Origin: Promethearchaeota archaeon
Lineage (GTDB): Archaea; Asgardarchaeota; Lokiarchaeia; Sigyniarchaeales; SOKP01
Direction of reading: 5' to 3'
Assembly: GCA_019057865.1 (NCBI GenBank)
Contig: JAHLWP010000010.1
Location: forward strand, 54,086 to 118,085
DNA length: 64,000 nt
In this document: positions 40,173 to 51,705 of the stretch, piece by piece
Numbering within the stretch: the first letter of the stretch is position 1
How the letters are laid out: each line of letters opens with the position of its first letter
Notes under the pieces: generated by a model
The model's input: only the letters and a program-made list of their open reading frames with translations
Databases searched by the model: none
Told to the model about the DNA's origin: nothing
Position numbers and translations under genes: made by a program

Positions 40173-40598
40173 TTATTCTTCGATATCTCTTCGCAAGGCG
40201 GACATTTGACTTAAATATTTTAAATATTCAAGGCCTTTACCTTTAATTTTACGCGTTAAAATTTTTTTTCTTATATCTTTACTTGAAAGTGTTCCATCAC
40301 CAATTTCTCTAAAGTTTTGTCTTGTAGTTTGCATATAACCGTCCCATCCTACTATTTCTTTTGAAATATCTTCTTTAGGAGTGTTTTTCATTCCATGTAC
40401 AGAAACAATACCTTTATCAACACTAATTATCGCTGCAAATTCTCCATCTTTTGGATTTAAGAGTATTTTAAAGGTCTCATCTTTGAATTGCTCTTTGAAT
40501 TTTTCATTATTATTTAATGATTCATAATTCTTTTTTATAGATTTAACAAACTCATCTTCAATTTCACTACCCATTTCTTGTACTGCCATAAGCATCAA
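40173..40598 (-). CDS. SCP2-like lipid-binding protein
   Basis: FKILLNPKDG..AIISVDKG...WDGYMQTT...RKIKGKG. Confidence 0.5.
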   Translation of the reverse strand: MMLMAVQEMGSEIEDEFVKSIKKNYESLNNNEKFKEQFKDETFKILLNPKDGEFAAIISVDKGIVSVHGMKNTPKEDISKEIVGWDGYMQTTRQNFREIGDGTLSSKDIRKKILTRKIKGKGLEYLKYLSQMSALRRDIEE

Positions 40599-40764
40599 TT
40601 TTTCTTTTATTGGATTTAATTATGTTTACCAACAAAAATTATTATACGAACATATTTAAATTTTTGACAAATTTATATAAAACTGCAAGAACTTTTTTTA
40701 TTTTAAAATATTTAATAAATAGGGGAAAGTATTCAATTTCGTTTAACTAAAGAAGAATTTAGAT

Positions 40765-41349
40765 TTATTCTTGTTTTTTACTTATGATTTTTATTCTATT
40801 TATAATATCCCATTTTTTCATGAGTTTTACTACACTGGTAGGGAGTAAATGTTCCCATGGCTTACCATTAATCATTGCATCCCGAATATCACTTGAGCTT
40901 AATTCTTTTTCTTCCAAAGAAACTTCCCATAATACGTGGACATTGAGTCCTAGCGATTCTAAATATTTTTTTTTCTGTCTACCCCAATCGTCATAGATCG
41001 ATAAAAAAAATACGGCATCCATAGGAACATAATATTTAATAAGTTCAGGTATATTAATCGGAAAAGGTACAATAGAAAACTCGGACAATTTAAATCCTTT
41101 TTCCTTAAATATTTCTCTTATCATCACATAACGTTCATAATAGGACAATGGATTTGCAAGGGGAGTACTACGTTGGGGATTTGTTTTTGAATCTCTTGTT
41201 AGAGAAGGATCTGGATTTGTGATACCTATTATTAAATGATTACATAAATTTTTTCCAGCTAATAGATATTTCATATGATCATTATGTAATATTTGGAATC
41301 GACCATGAATTACACCAATATTATATTTAATTTCTTTATCTTGAATCAT
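40765..41349 (-). CDS. Nicotinamide/nicotinate-nucleotide adenylyltransferase
   Basis: HGRFQILHNDH, NPLSYYER, SSSDIR. Confidence 0.85.
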   Translation of the reverse strand: MIQDKEIKYNIGVIHGRFQILHNDHMKYLLAGKNLCNHLIIGITNPDPSLTRDSKTNPQRSTPLANPLSYYERYVMIREIFKEKGFKLSEFSIVPFPINIPELIKYYVPMDAVFFLSIYDDWGRQKKKYLESLGLNVHVLWEVSLEEKELSSSDIRDAMINGKPWEHLLPTSVVKLMKKWDIINRIKIISKKQE

Positions 41350-41531
41350 AATTATAAGAATATTTTCACGTAATCGTAAGTCAAATAATTCAAAAAATAT
41401 TAATAATTTTGCTAATCAGAAATATCGAGATATTTTAGGGTTATTCACTACATCTTCAGGCTTTTATTATTTATAAATCTGAATATGATATTCAAAATAT
41501 CGTATAAAACTTTCAGAATTTTATAATTTAC

Positions 41532-42710
41532 ATGTTGGACTTTAACCTTTTCAAACACAAACTAGGAAGCTATCAAAACTGCGTTCAATATAATCAAGAC
41601 AGAGTACAGTTTATACACGCTAGCGATATTCATCTGGGATCTCATCAATACAGAAATGATTATCGAGCAGACGACTTTGTTCGTGTATTTCAAGAGATAC
41701 TAGAACTAGCAATTGCTTATCATGTTGATTTTATATTACTAGGTGGCGATGTATTTACTTCATTGGAAATGCTTCCAGGAAAGCTAGATAAGATTGTTAA
41801 TATATTAAAAGAATTTTACCAATATACAAATGAGACAATTTCAATCATTGCAATTGAAGGAAATCATGATATTCGTAAATTTTCTAGAGGGGTACAATTT
41901 AAACAGCGGGGGCAATCTTGGCTTAAATTACTTGCTAGTTTAGGATTGATAATACTTTTAGATGCTAATCTTGAAGCTCCACCAATGGAAATGTTTAAAC
42001 CTTATAATTTCAAAACAAGAAAAGGAGGTAAAATTCAAATAAAGAATTTAATGATATATGGTACTCGCTTTCTCGGTGAAAAGCCAATTTCCTATCTATC
42101 AAAAATAAGAAAAGGGATCCAAAATGATGATGGATTATTTCATATCCTATTACAACATTTTGGGATTGAAGGACAGATGGAAAATGTTCCTGGTATCAAT
42201 ATAGACTATATTCAACCCCTCAAGCATAGAATTGATTATTTAGCATTAGGTCATTTTCATAAACAATTTATACTTGATGGTTGGATTTATAATCCTGGGT
42301 CTCCGGAAGCTGTTTGCTCAATTGATACATCATTTAAACGGGGAGTATTTCTTGTTGAAATTATTGGTAAAGAGAAATATATTAAAAAAGTCCATATGAT
42401 TCGGTTAAATAATCGAAATCATCTCTGGGAAACTATTGTCTGTAAAAGGTATAGAAATAAATTTGATTTTTATAAATACATCATCCAAAAACTTAAGCAT
42501 TCTTTAAAGGCTCTAAATCCCAATATCGAACCTTCTAATTCTATGATGCCTGTTCTATATCTTATATTAAAGGGATTAAAACCATCAAAATCTTGTAATA
42601 TTAAGGAGAGAGAATTAAGTAAATTAATAATTGATGAAATCCCTGTGGTTGATGTTAAAATTTATCGAAAATTTACAAATTCTTCAAAATCTTTAGATAA
42701 ATATTTATAG
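41532..42710 (+). CDS. Mre11/SbcD-family DNA repair nuclease
   Basis: SDIHLG, GGDVF, IEGNHD, YLALGHFH, YNPGSPE. Confidence 0.88.
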   Translation: MLDFNLFKHKLGSYQNCVQYNQDRVQFIHASDIHLGSHQYRNDYRADDFVRVFQEILELAIAYHVDFILLGGDVFTSLEMLPGKLDKIVNILKEFYQYTNETISIIAIEGNHDIRKFSRGVQFKQRGQSWLKLLASLGLIILLDANLEAPPMEMFKPYNFKTRKGGKIQIKNLMIYGTRFLGEKPISYLSKIRKGIQNDDGLFHILLQHFGIEGQMENVPGINIDYIQPLKHRIDYLALGHFHKQFILDGWIYNPGSPEAVCSIDTSFKRGVFLVEIIGKEKYIKKVHMIRLNNRNHLWETIVCKRYRNKFDFYKYIIQKLKHSLKALNPNIEPSNSMMPVLYLILKGLKPSKSCNIKERELSKLIIDEIPVVDVKIYRKFTNSSKSLDKYL

Positions 42711-42785
42711 ACTTGAAATTATCATATCTCTAATTTTTTTTTTTAATATTGAATCTTAATATATAATCGAATCAAATCTTATATC

Positions 42786-44390
42786 ATGTCATTAGGGAGT
42801 GCAATAAAAAAAAATAAGCCACTTTCTATTATTACAGCATTCTTTTCAATTTGGATTATATTTTTGATAATATTAAGTGTAATAAATAAAAGAGAAATAA
42901 TATTTTATGATGCTCTTTCCCAAAATGATGTATCTTCAGATTATGCTTCTTCTATTCCATTAGAAAGATATTTTGTTGAACCATTTGTAGGATTAGCTTA
43001 CATTTTTGGGATGGAATTCCTTTGGCTTATAGCTTTTTTCATAATATATCTTGTTTTTAGGATTATTTATTTATGTTTTAAAAGAATTGGTATTATTAAA
43101 TCAGAGAAATATAAAACCCTAATGTATCCAATTGATGATTGGATTAGATTTGTTTTTAAGCTCTTCTCTATAGTAGTATTAGTAATCGGTACTATTATTC
43201 TTTTAGGATATCTAATTTTAGGATTTTATTTTGTATCTCGTTATTTTATGGTTTTTGTTCAATTAGGAATAAGGATTGCTTTCATAATCTTACTTATTAA
43301 GACTTCTTATATCATAATAAAACTATTACATCCTAATTTCAAATTAAATTATGAATCTAATAAAAGGAAAAAATTATCTAAAAAAGAGGGAAAAGTTTCA
43401 AATTCTTTAAGAGTGGGAAAAAGGGAATTAATATATATGTTAGGAACAGCCTACTTATTTCTTGTCGCTAATATCCTTTTAATTTCTACTCCATTTCCAA
43501 CTCATCGTATAGAAACAGATTTAGCTGCTGATGAATTTTTATTTGACTTTCATTGTCATACAACTATGTCTGATGGCTGGTTAACTGTTGAACAAAGAGT
43601 TATGTATTACATTGAGCATGGGATATCAGGAGCAGCCTTTTCAGATCATGATAATATTCGTGGAGCAAAAGCAGCTCAAAAATTTGTAGAGGAGAGAGGT
43701 TTTGATTTCGTAGTCTTTATGGCTGCAGAGTGGACTGATAATGAGCATGACATCCATTTGAATTATTTTGGTCTTGAAGAAACAATAGTACCGCCTATGT
43801 CAGATAATCCATTCACAATAGTTATGAATGCCTCTGATATGATAAAATATGTAAAAAGTAAAGGAGGTTATGTAATTGTTAATCACTACAATGCTAGACC
43901 AAATAAAAACGAAGGATTAGGAGTTCCCTATAATTTTACTGATTTAATGAATTGGGGTGTCGATGGTTTCGAAATTGTTAATGGAGATAGCATACAGGAT
44001 AGAGAAATACGAGAATTTTGCTTAAACAATAGCTTAATTTGCTTTGGAGGTTCGGATGTCCACACCAACGAAGATTTAAACTGCATAGTGAAATTAAGGT
44101 TAGACGATCCAACTAATATGTCTATTGCAAATATTTTTCAAAATTTAGCGCGCAATGATCATGAAGTTATCGTGATAAAACTTCATAGTAATGTAGTTAA
44201 TTTCCCAGATGATATCAATGATCTTGGATTTGAAATTTTTGAAGATTATATGAATTATCTTTTAAATCTTAATTCAATCCAAGTTTTATCATGGATTTTT
44301 TGGTCCTGCCTAGTGTATATATTATTTTTTTTAAGTTATAGAAAAGTGAAAAAGTCAAATTTGAATCGTTTAAGATATAAAATAACTTAA
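42786..44390 (+). CDS. Membrane-anchored PHP-family phosphoesterase
   Basis: TM helices, then DFHCHTTMSDG, SDHD, VNHY, GFEIVNG, GGSDVH. Confidence 0.85.
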   Translation: MSLGSAIKKNKPLSIITAFFSIWIIFLIILSVINKREIIFYDALSQNDVSSDYASSIPLERYFVEPFVGLAYIFGMEFLWLIAFFIIYLVFRIIYLCFKRIGIIKSEKYKTLMYPIDDWIRFVFKLFSIVVLVIGTIILLGYLILGFYFVSRYFMVFVQLGIRIAFIILLIKTSYIIIKLLHPNFKLNYESNKRKKLSKKEGKVSNSLRVGKRELIYMLGTAYLFLVANILLISTPFPTHRIETDLAADEFLFDFHCHTTMSDGWLTVEQRVMYYIEHGISGAAFSDHDNIRGAKAAQKFVEERGFDFVVFMAAEWTDNEHDIHLNYFGLEETIVPPMSDNPFTIVMNASDMIKYVKSKGGYVIVNHYNARPNKNEGLGVPYNFTDLMNWGVDGFEIVNGDSIQDREIREFCLNNSLICFGGSDVHTNEDLNCIVKLRLDDPTNMSIANIFQNLARNDHEVIVIKLHSNVVNFPDDINDLGFEIFEDYMNYLLNLNSIQVLSWIFWSCLVYILFFLSYRKVKKSNLNRLRYKIT

Positions 44391-44452
44391 AAAACTTTTT
44401 TTATTAATATTCTAAAAAGAGTTGGTATTAGTTATAAAATTCAAATAGTGTG

Positions 44453-44911
44453 TTAAATATAATATCCTGTGTTATCTTCTTTTTGTTTATCTCTCTCATC
44501 ATCATTGTCTTCGTCATCATCTCCAAGGAATTTCTTGTAGAAGTATTTTAACATCTTTTCTGGATCTCCATTAAAATCCTTTAAATCTCGTGGATCTATT
44601 CTTATTATACCTCCTTTTTTAAAAGGTATAACTCTACTTCGAATTTCTTTCTCAAGCCTTTCTTGTTCCTTAGCATTAAGGGCCAATTCTTTTTTCATTA
44701 ACTCTTTAAGTTCATTTGCAACAAGGGTATCTAAACGCTCAGGTTCAAAGTCCAATAGTGCTTTTATTCCATAAATCTTAGTAACCCTTTTGATTGCCCT
44801 CTCTTTTTTAAACTCAGAAATTTGTTTAATCCTTTCAAGTTTTAACAAATTTAAAATGTTTAACCAGTCTAGCTTAATTGTCCATGAGAAATCGTTATCA
44901 TTTTCTGCCAT
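44453..44911 (-). CDS. Hypothetical protein
   Basis: 152-aa ORF with acidic tail ending GYYI. Confidence 0.7.
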   Translation of the reverse strand: MAENDNDFSWTIKLDWLNILNLLKLERIKQISEFKKERAIKRVTKIYGIKALLDFEPERLDTLVANELKELMKKELALNAKEQERLEKEIRSRVIPFKKGGIIRIDPRDLKDFNGDPEKMLKYFYKKFLGDDDEDNDDERDKQKEDNTGYYI

Positions 44912-45128
44912 TTTTAGCTTCAGAATTTTTTACAATTAATGTAATGTTTAGTAAAAATTAAATATTATTTTTTTGAACACTATTATAATACAATGGATAA
45001 ATGAAACTTTTAAATTTATTTCTTTTATCCTATAAAAATTAATCATCTTGTTTTTATTTCAAAATTATGAAAATACGGAAATAATTTATTTTTAATTAAT
45101 AGAAAGAAATTTTCCCTTAAGATAATAG

Positions 45129-45983
45129 CTATTTTAGAATAAATTCTTTAATACTAGATATTATTAAATCAGGGTCGTCATGTGTAATCCAATGAGAAGA
45201 ATTCTCACTTCGCACTATCTTTAAATTTTTAACATAATCAGATAATCCTTCCAGTTGTTGTGGTAATAAAGCTACATCTTTCATACCCCAAATTACTAAT
45301 GTTGGTACTTCTATGATTCCTGTCAATTCATCGAAACTCGTATTAGCTCTATAGTAATTAACACCTCCTAATATTGCTCCTGGTTGAGACCATGCTTCTA
45401 TATATTTATCTTTATCGAATTCGGTAAAATTAGTTTTACTGTACATGTCTTCAAAAACAACCTTTTTTAATCTTCTGTAATCATCCTCATATAATTTTTT
45501 TTCTGCCTGTGGTTTTAAAAATTCAAATATATAAGAACTAGCTTCTTGCTGTTTTTTGTCTGTTCTGAGGCTTTTCTGAAAAATTTTTGGATGTGGAGCA
45601 TTTAAAATTATTAATTTTTTCAGTAATTCAGGATATGATTTTTCCGCAAATGCCCAAGCTACTACTCCACCCCAATCATGACCCGCAAGATAAACTCGTT
45701 TTAAATTTAACTCTTCGATTAATCCTTTTATATCTCCAATTAAATACTCCATTTTGTATTTTTTAACATCGTTTGGTTTATCAGATAAATTATATCCTCG
45801 CATATCAGGAATTATTAATTTAAACTTCTCTTTTAACCCAGGAATAACACTTTTCCAACAATACCAGAATTCAGGGAAGCCATGTAGTAAAATTAGTGGT
45901 TCTCCAGAGCCAATAACAATAGTATGAAGCTTAATTCCATTGGTATCAATATATACATCTTTAATTTCTTTAAAAAAGTCCAT
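45129..45983 (-). CDS. Alpha/beta hydrolase (epoxide hydrolase-like)
   Basis: LHGFPEFWYCW, PDMRGYNLSDKP, GHDWGG, NYYRA, SSHW. Confidence 0.92.
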   Translation of the reverse strand: MDFFKEIKDVYIDTNGIKLHTIVIGSGEPLILLHGFPEFWYCWKSVIPGLKEKFKLIIPDMRGYNLSDKPNDVKKYKMEYLIGDIKGLIEELNLKRVYLAGHDWGGVVAWAFAEKSYPELLKKLIILNAPHPKIFQKSLRTDKKQQEASSYIFEFLKPQAEKKLYEDDYRRLKKVVFEDMYSKTNFTEFDKDKYIEAWSQPGAILGGVNYYRANTSFDELTGIIEVPTLVIWGMKDVALLPQQLEGLSDYVKNLKIVRSENSSHWITHDDPDLIISSIKEFILK

Positions 45984-46186
45984 ATTTATTTTCTCTTGAT
46001 TTTACATTTTAAAATTAAGTTATATCTTAATTAGTATACTTAATTTTTAAATTAAGGGATTAAATTTTAAAAAAGATCCTTAAAAATTGATTTTGGTTTT
46101 TTTAATCCAATTGTAACCAAAAGAAAGTAAATAAAAATCTTTAAAATATATAATTAGAATAAAATTTTTGTAGTTTTATAGATAAC

Positions 46187-46396
46187 TTATTCAAAAAATG
46201 CTTTAAATGATTTTTCAAAGTCCTTTATATAAGAATTATCTACTTCACCGAATTTATACCGGCCACGTGGTAGACGTTCCTTACCTGAAAAATGTTTCTT
46301 TAAAGAAATCTCAAAGTCATTCATACACATGCTATTTTCTTCTGCGAATTTGATCTCTCCAAATTTTAACAGAAAATCGGGATCAATAATGCTCAC
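46187..46396 (-). CDS. Small hypothetical protein
   Basis: GTG start after GAGGTG SD. Confidence 0.5.
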   Translation of the reverse strand: MSIIDPDFLLKFGEIKFAEENSMCMNDFEISLKKHFSGKERLPRGRYKFGEVDNSYIKDFEKSFKAFFE

Positions 46397-46735
46397 CTTT
46401 AATATTCACCTCTAATGACTGATTTTATTTTGTTCAAATATGTTTTTATATAAATTAATTATTAAGTTAAGAAGTTAATCAACTATTTAAATATTTTCAT
46501 ACAATTAAAACTGTTATTTATTTTTGAAATTTGACAAAATTTTCTATAAAATGTCGAAAATGCGACATAAAATAAAATAATTTTATCAATTCCCATCATT
46601 TTCCCCGTTATCCTGTACATAATTGTCAATTTAATTCAAATATATGAAAATGGATGATCAGTTATAATTATAAGCAATAATTTCAAACTATAATTGAACC
46701 CTATACAATTATTAAAAACTTGAGCTTGAAATAAG

Positions 46736-47686
46736 ATGAAAAGACAAATTGATGATAGAACTTACCTAAATTATTTATTACAATCCTTAAATGTTAATGA
46801 TCTAAAACATTTATGCCGAGATTTTGAGATTAAAGGGTTCTCAAAGCTAAAAAAATTAGAATTGATTGATTCTATTTTGGACTCTTTAGCAGAGGAGGAA
46901 TATGAGGAGCTTCTTAAACAGAAAGAATTAGAGATAATTTCATCAGAAATTAATTTAGCAATCAAGAAGATAAAAGTTGAAGATCGAGAGAGTCTAGTTG
47001 AAGTAAAAGTGGTAAATCCAGATGAACATGAGATTGAATTATTATTTAAGGGATGGAATTGGGAAAATACTTCGTTCTTGTCGATAACTCCAAATAATAT
47101 TAACAATCCTGAAAGAGATTGTGATTGTCGGATAGGATCAAATATGGGTTTTTGTAGTCATTTCTGGGTAGGTTTCATATTTTCTTTAAAGCAAAACTAT
47201 TTTAAACTTAAAGATTGGACTTTAACAATACTACCAGAAGATTTTGAGAAAAAGATAGGAACTATTGTGTTAACATCTAAACTCGCAACAGAGAAGGGAG
47301 CTGAAGGCGCAGAGACTATCAGTCTAGTCGAAGAAGGCTCAGAAGCTTATCAATATAGTGAATATATTGATAAAAGCATTACAATTTATGAAGGAGAAAT
47401 AACTAAGTTAGAGAAGAAACAACAAGAATTTCAAGGGAACATAACAACTTATTATCTACTTACGTTAAAAGATGTTAAAATTGGACCAAGAGTAGAAAAA
47501 AAGAGTGACTTTAAAGAAGAAGAAATAACAATTGTAGATAGTATAAATCTTAGAATCAGTGAAAGACTTCATAATGAGAATGATTTAAAGATCGGGGATA
47601 AACTGGGTGCTAATGGAAAACTCACAAAAGATAATTTTCTAAAATTGTATATCGTAAAAAACATACGAAAGATTCAAAAAGTATAA
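46736..47686 (+). CDS. SAP/Rho-N-like + SWIM zinc finger + OB-fold protein
   Basis: LNVNDLKHLCRDFEIKGFSKLKKLELID; CDC..CSH SWIM; C-terminal LKIGDKLGANGKL. Confidence 0.7.
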   Translation: MKRQIDDRTYLNYLLQSLNVNDLKHLCRDFEIKGFSKLKKLELIDSILDSLAEEEYEELLKQKELEIISSEINLAIKKIKVEDRESLVEVKVVNPDEHEIELLFKGWNWENTSFLSITPNNINNPERDCDCRIGSNMGFCSHFWVGFIFSLKQNYFKLKDWTLTILPEDFEKKIGTIVLTSKLATEKGAEGAETISLVEEGSEAYQYSEYIDKSITIYEGEITKLEKKQQEFQGNITTYYLLTLKDVKIGPRVEKKSDFKEEEITIVDSINLRISERLHNENDLKIGDKLGANGKLTKDNFLKLYIVKNIRKIQKV

Positions 47687-47806
47687 AATTTTAGGCTTTA
47701 TTTTGTTTACAATTTTACTAATTTTTTTAAATATATGAAAAAGGTTTATAATAAAGAAAACCTAAGTAATAAACTAAATTATTTTAAAATATATCGTTGA
47801 GAAGAA

Positions 47807-49189
47807 ATGGATGATATGAAATCTGGTTTTATTGACGATATTAATATGATTCTTGCTACTGATTTTTATCAGTTAACTATGTGTGCTGCTTACTATCAAT
47901 ATAATCTAGAAAACGGCATTGAAGAAAAAGACGATGATTTAGCTACCTTTGAACTTTTTATAAGGCAATTTCCAAAAAATCGAAATTATTTAATTTTTGC
48001 AGGTTTAGAGCAAGCTATTTATTATTTGCTTAATGCCAGATTTACTGAAAAAACAATTGAATTCTTAAGAAAAAAGCAAGTTTTTAGAAATATCGATTCA
48101 AGTTTTTTTGAAGAGTATTTACCTAATTTTAAATTTAATTTGGATGTATGGGCAATGAAGGAGGGAAATTTCTTTTTTCCTAATGAACCAATTATAAGAA
48201 TTCATGGTCCAATGATCCACGCACAATTAGCAGAAACATTTTTACTTAATGTTATAAATTTTCAAACATTAATTGCTTCAAAGGCTTCGAGAATTAAAAA
48301 TATCGCACCAGATAAAGCTCTTCTCGAATTTGGTACAAGAAGATCTCATAGTCCGCTTGCGGGGGTATATGCTGCTAGAGCTAGCTATATCGCAGGATTT
48401 AATGGGACTAGTAATGTAATTGCTGATATGGAATTAGGGATTAATTCTACAGGAACTATGGCACATAGTTTTGTCCAAAAATTTGATAATGAAATCGATA
48501 GCTTCAATACATTTTATAACATTTATGATGAAAACTCAATTCTATTAATTGATACATATGATACGGAAAAGGGAGCTCAAAAGTGTAGTAAATTTGGTAA
48601 TAAAATAAAAGGTGTAAGAATTGATTCAGGAGATCTTATAGAACATGCTAAAAAAGTTCGAAAAATTTTAGATGAAGTAGGATGTAAAAAAGTCATAATC
48701 GTAGCTAGTTCTGATTTAAATGAATATAAAATAAAAGAGATTATTGACAAGAATGCTCCAATAGATGCATTTGGTATTGGAACAGAACTAGCAACTTCAA
48801 GTGATGATCCAACAATTTCTGGAGTATATAAATTAATAGAACATAATTATAAACCTAAAATAAAAATTAGTGAAGAAAAAATGACTTATCCGGGAATAAA
48901 ACAAACTTTTCGAATTTATGATGAAAACAGAGTTTTTAAAGAAGACTTACTAGCTCTTGCTGATGAAGCCCCACCTTCTAATTCTGAACCTTTATTAGTC
49001 CCAATAATGAAGAATGGTAAGTTAATATATAAATTGCCCAAAATTGATGATATACAAGATTATTATCTAAAAAATATCAAGAAATTACCTAATAATTATA
49101 AACAATTAGAACAGATTAATATCTCCAGCTTAAAAATATCAAAGAAGTTAAAAGAACTTACAGATTCTTTAAAAAAAAAATTTATTTGA
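47807..49189 (+). CDS. pncB: Nicotinate phosphoribosyltransferase
   Basis: TDFYQLTM, EFGTRR, GTSNV, GTMAHS, LIDTYD, VRIDSGD, VYKL. Confidence 0.95.
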   Translation: MDDMKSGFIDDINMILATDFYQLTMCAAYYQYNLENGIEEKDDDLATFELFIRQFPKNRNYLIFAGLEQAIYYLLNARFTEKTIEFLRKKQVFRNIDSSFFEEYLPNFKFNLDVWAMKEGNFFFPNEPIIRIHGPMIHAQLAETFLLNVINFQTLIASKASRIKNIAPDKALLEFGTRRSHSPLAGVYAARASYIAGFNGTSNVIADMELGINSTGTMAHSFVQKFDNEIDSFNTFYNIYDENSILLIDTYDTEKGAQKCSKFGNKIKGVRIDSGDLIEHAKKVRKILDEVGCKKVIIVASSDLNEYKIKEIIDKNAPIDAFGIGTELATSSDDPTISGVYKLIEHNYKPKIKISEEKMTYPGIKQTFRIYDENRVFKEDLLALADEAPPSNSEPLLVPIMKNGKLIYKLPKIDDIQDYYLKNIKKLPNNYKQLEQINISSLKISKKLKELTDSLKKKFI

Positions 49190-49581
49190 AATTTAGAAAG
49201 AAAATTAAAATGGAATATTAGCAATTAGTTCTGGAATAGCAGTTGCTAAAGAAATGATAACGCTAAAAAATACTTTGAAATCAAAGAACCAATGCCTTAT
49301 TTCATAGATTTTCCTTAAAAAGTTTATTTTAATTTAATCTTCTATAAGCAAGATTTTAAATAAGTTTGCAAAATTTTTGCTTAAATTATTATATTCAACT
49401 AAATAATTAAACAATTAAAATGCCATATTTTGATAGTAGATAATGAGAGAAGCAATTTTTTAAACTTTACGAACTTTCAGAATATTATTATTAATAATCG
49501 TAATCATCGTAAAAAATTTAAAAATCATCAAATGAATCTTTGTATAAATTAATATTTTAATAAATTTGGAGATACTTTAAA

Positions 49582-51321
49582 ATGTACCATTTAGACGGTT
49601 CAGATTATTTGAATAAAAAATATTACAAAAAGACCTTTAGCATATGCCCAGAATGTATGGAACGTATTCCTGCAGTTATAAAAGAAGATGATGATGAAAA
49701 AATCTATATGTATAAAACATGCCCAGAACATGGAGATTTCAAGGATGTAATCAGTTCTAGCGCCAAGTATTATAAATGGACTCATTATGCGATAAAAGAT
49801 GAAAATGGAAATGTAGTTTGGCAATTTGAAAAGAATGGTGAAGTAAATCCTCCTGATTGTAGTGCAGAAGATCCAAGGGGTTGTCCATATAATTGCGGGT
49901 TGTGCCCAGAACATCTTTCTGCATGCTCATTAGCGCTTATTGATCTAACAAATCGTTGTAATTTTAATTGTAACTTTTGTTATGCTAATGTTTTACAAAG
50001 TGGTTATCTGGTAGAACCATCATTAGAAGAAATTGATAGAATTATGCGTCATTTCAGAGAAAAACCAATGCCTGCGGTAGCTATAATGTTTACAGGTGGA
50101 GAACCTACAGTAAGAAAAGATTTTCCCGAAATTTGTAAAATGGCGAAAGATCACGGTTTTCAAGAAGTTATCGTCGCTACAAATGGATATGGATTTCAGC
50201 AAAAAAAAGGAGGCCTTGAATGGACGAAAAAAGTCTATGAAATGGGTTTAGATACACTTTATTTTCAATTCGATGGGATCAACAACGTTACTTATGAAAA
50301 AACCCGTGGCATAAAAAATCTAATGAAGTATAAAATGCGAGTCGTTGAAAATTGTAGAAAAGTAGGATTATCATCAATTAATTTAGTTGCTACAATTGCA
50401 CGTGGAATTACAGACATCGAGGTTGGCAACATTATCCAATTTGCAATTGATAATATTGATGTAGTTAGAGGAATTACCTTCCAACCAGTTTCTCTATGTG
50501 GCAGAATTGCTTATGAAGAAAGGACAGAATTAAGAATTACTAATGCCGATATTCTTAAAGAAATAGAGATACAAACGGGAGGTAAAATAAGTATGGAAAA
50601 CGCGTGGTATCCGCTTAGTACCATTGTTGAACTCGGTAGAGTAATCGCCTACTTATCTGATGTTGAACCTATCGAGTTTACCTGTCATCCAGATTGTGGA
50701 TTTGCAACATACATGGCTGTAGATCCTGATACTGGTGAATTGGTGCCACTAATGGAATATTTTGATCCATTGAAAGTTATTGATTTTGCCAATCGGTTTT
50801 GGGAGAAGATTAAGCATAAGGAAAAACAACCGATTAAGATTTTTGAAAATCTTTTGGGAGATTTCGGTAAAACATTGGATAAGGGTCTCAATTTTCTTGA
50901 TAAGACACAACTCCGCGCAAGGTTCTTGTTGGGAGTACTACAATACGTAAGGAAGCCTGGTAAGATGATGGAAATGTTTTCTCGACTGCTATTGAATGGA
51001 GATTGGGAGAGTATAAGCTCATTTACACATGGAACATTATTACTTTCAAGCATGCATTTCCAAGATGCTTATAATATGGATATTGAAAGAGTTAGAAGGT
51101 GTATTGTCCATTTTGGAGTAGCCATGCCCGACGGATCAGTAAAAACGATTTCCTTCTGTACAATGAACTCTCTTCATCGTAGTCATATAGAAAAGCAAAT
51201 TGCTAAAAAAGTAACACAAAAAGTTAGAGAAGAATTTGATACTTCAACAGGACGAGAAATGGTGGAAATTGAGCAGGAAATAGCTCGTAATGGCGGAATT
51301 AAAAAGGAGAGTGATGAGTAG
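49582..51321 (+). CDS. tes: Radical SAM enzyme, tetraether lipid synthase (Tes/GDGT-MAS, MJ0619-like)
   Basis: SICPEC..KTCPEHG, GCPYNCGLCPEH, CNFNCNFC, FTCHPDCG, MHFQDAYNMDIERVRRC, FCTMN. Confidence 0.85.
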   Translation: MYHLDGSDYLNKKYYKKTFSICPECMERIPAVIKEDDDEKIYMYKTCPEHGDFKDVISSSAKYYKWTHYAIKDENGNVVWQFEKNGEVNPPDCSAEDPRGCPYNCGLCPEHLSACSLALIDLTNRCNFNCNFCYANVLQSGYLVEPSLEEIDRIMRHFREKPMPAVAIMFTGGEPTVRKDFPEICKMAKDHGFQEVIVATNGYGFQQKKGGLEWTKKVYEMGLDTLYFQFDGINNVTYEKTRGIKNLMKYKMRVVENCRKVGLSSINLVATIARGITDIEVGNIIQFAIDNIDVVRGITFQPVSLCGRIAYEERTELRITNADILKEIEIQTGGKISMENAWYPLSTIVELGRVIAYLSDVEPIEFTCHPDCGFATYMAVDPDTGELVPLMEYFDPLKVIDFANRFWEKIKHKEKQPIKIFENLLGDFGKTLDKGLNFLDKTQLRARFLLGVLQYVRKPGKMMEMFSRLLLNGDWESISSFTHGTLLLSSMHFQDAYNMDIERVRRCIVHFGVAMPDGSVKTISFCTMNSLHRSHIEKQIAKKVTQKVREEFDTSTGREMVEIEQEIARNGGIKKESDE

Positions 51322-51609
51322 ATGGCTTCTGAGTTTGTTGAAGATAAAAACGGTATGAAAATCCGTAAATTAGTGGAGTTAAAAACTGATACAGCTAAAA
51401 AATACCAAGATGCAATGCTTGGAAGGGTAGAATATTTCAAAAAAAAAAATCAAGAAAAGAGTCAATTTAATAGTGTTATTCAAAATACTATAATTAATTC
51501 TCTAAGTACCATTTTAGACTTGAAACCGAATATTGATAAATCACTTGGGGAAGAAAATTTGGAGAAAGTCCACAAAATTATAGATAGTATTCTTTTGTTT
51601 GGATTATAA
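51322..51609 (+). CDS. Hypothetical protein abutting tes
   Basis: ATG immediately after the tes stop; GGAG upstream. Confidence 0.65.
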   Translation: MASEFVEDKNGMKIRKLVELKTDTAKKYQDAMLGRVEYFKKKNQEKSQFNSVIQNTIINSLSTILDLKPNIDKSLGEENLEKVHKIIDSILLFGL

Positions 51610-51705
51610 TTTTTTCTTTTCTTTTATTATTTTTTAAAACTCTTTTATTAATTATCTGCTTTTTTCAAAAGATATTTTTGATATAGTATTTTAATTTAGA
51701 TTACG

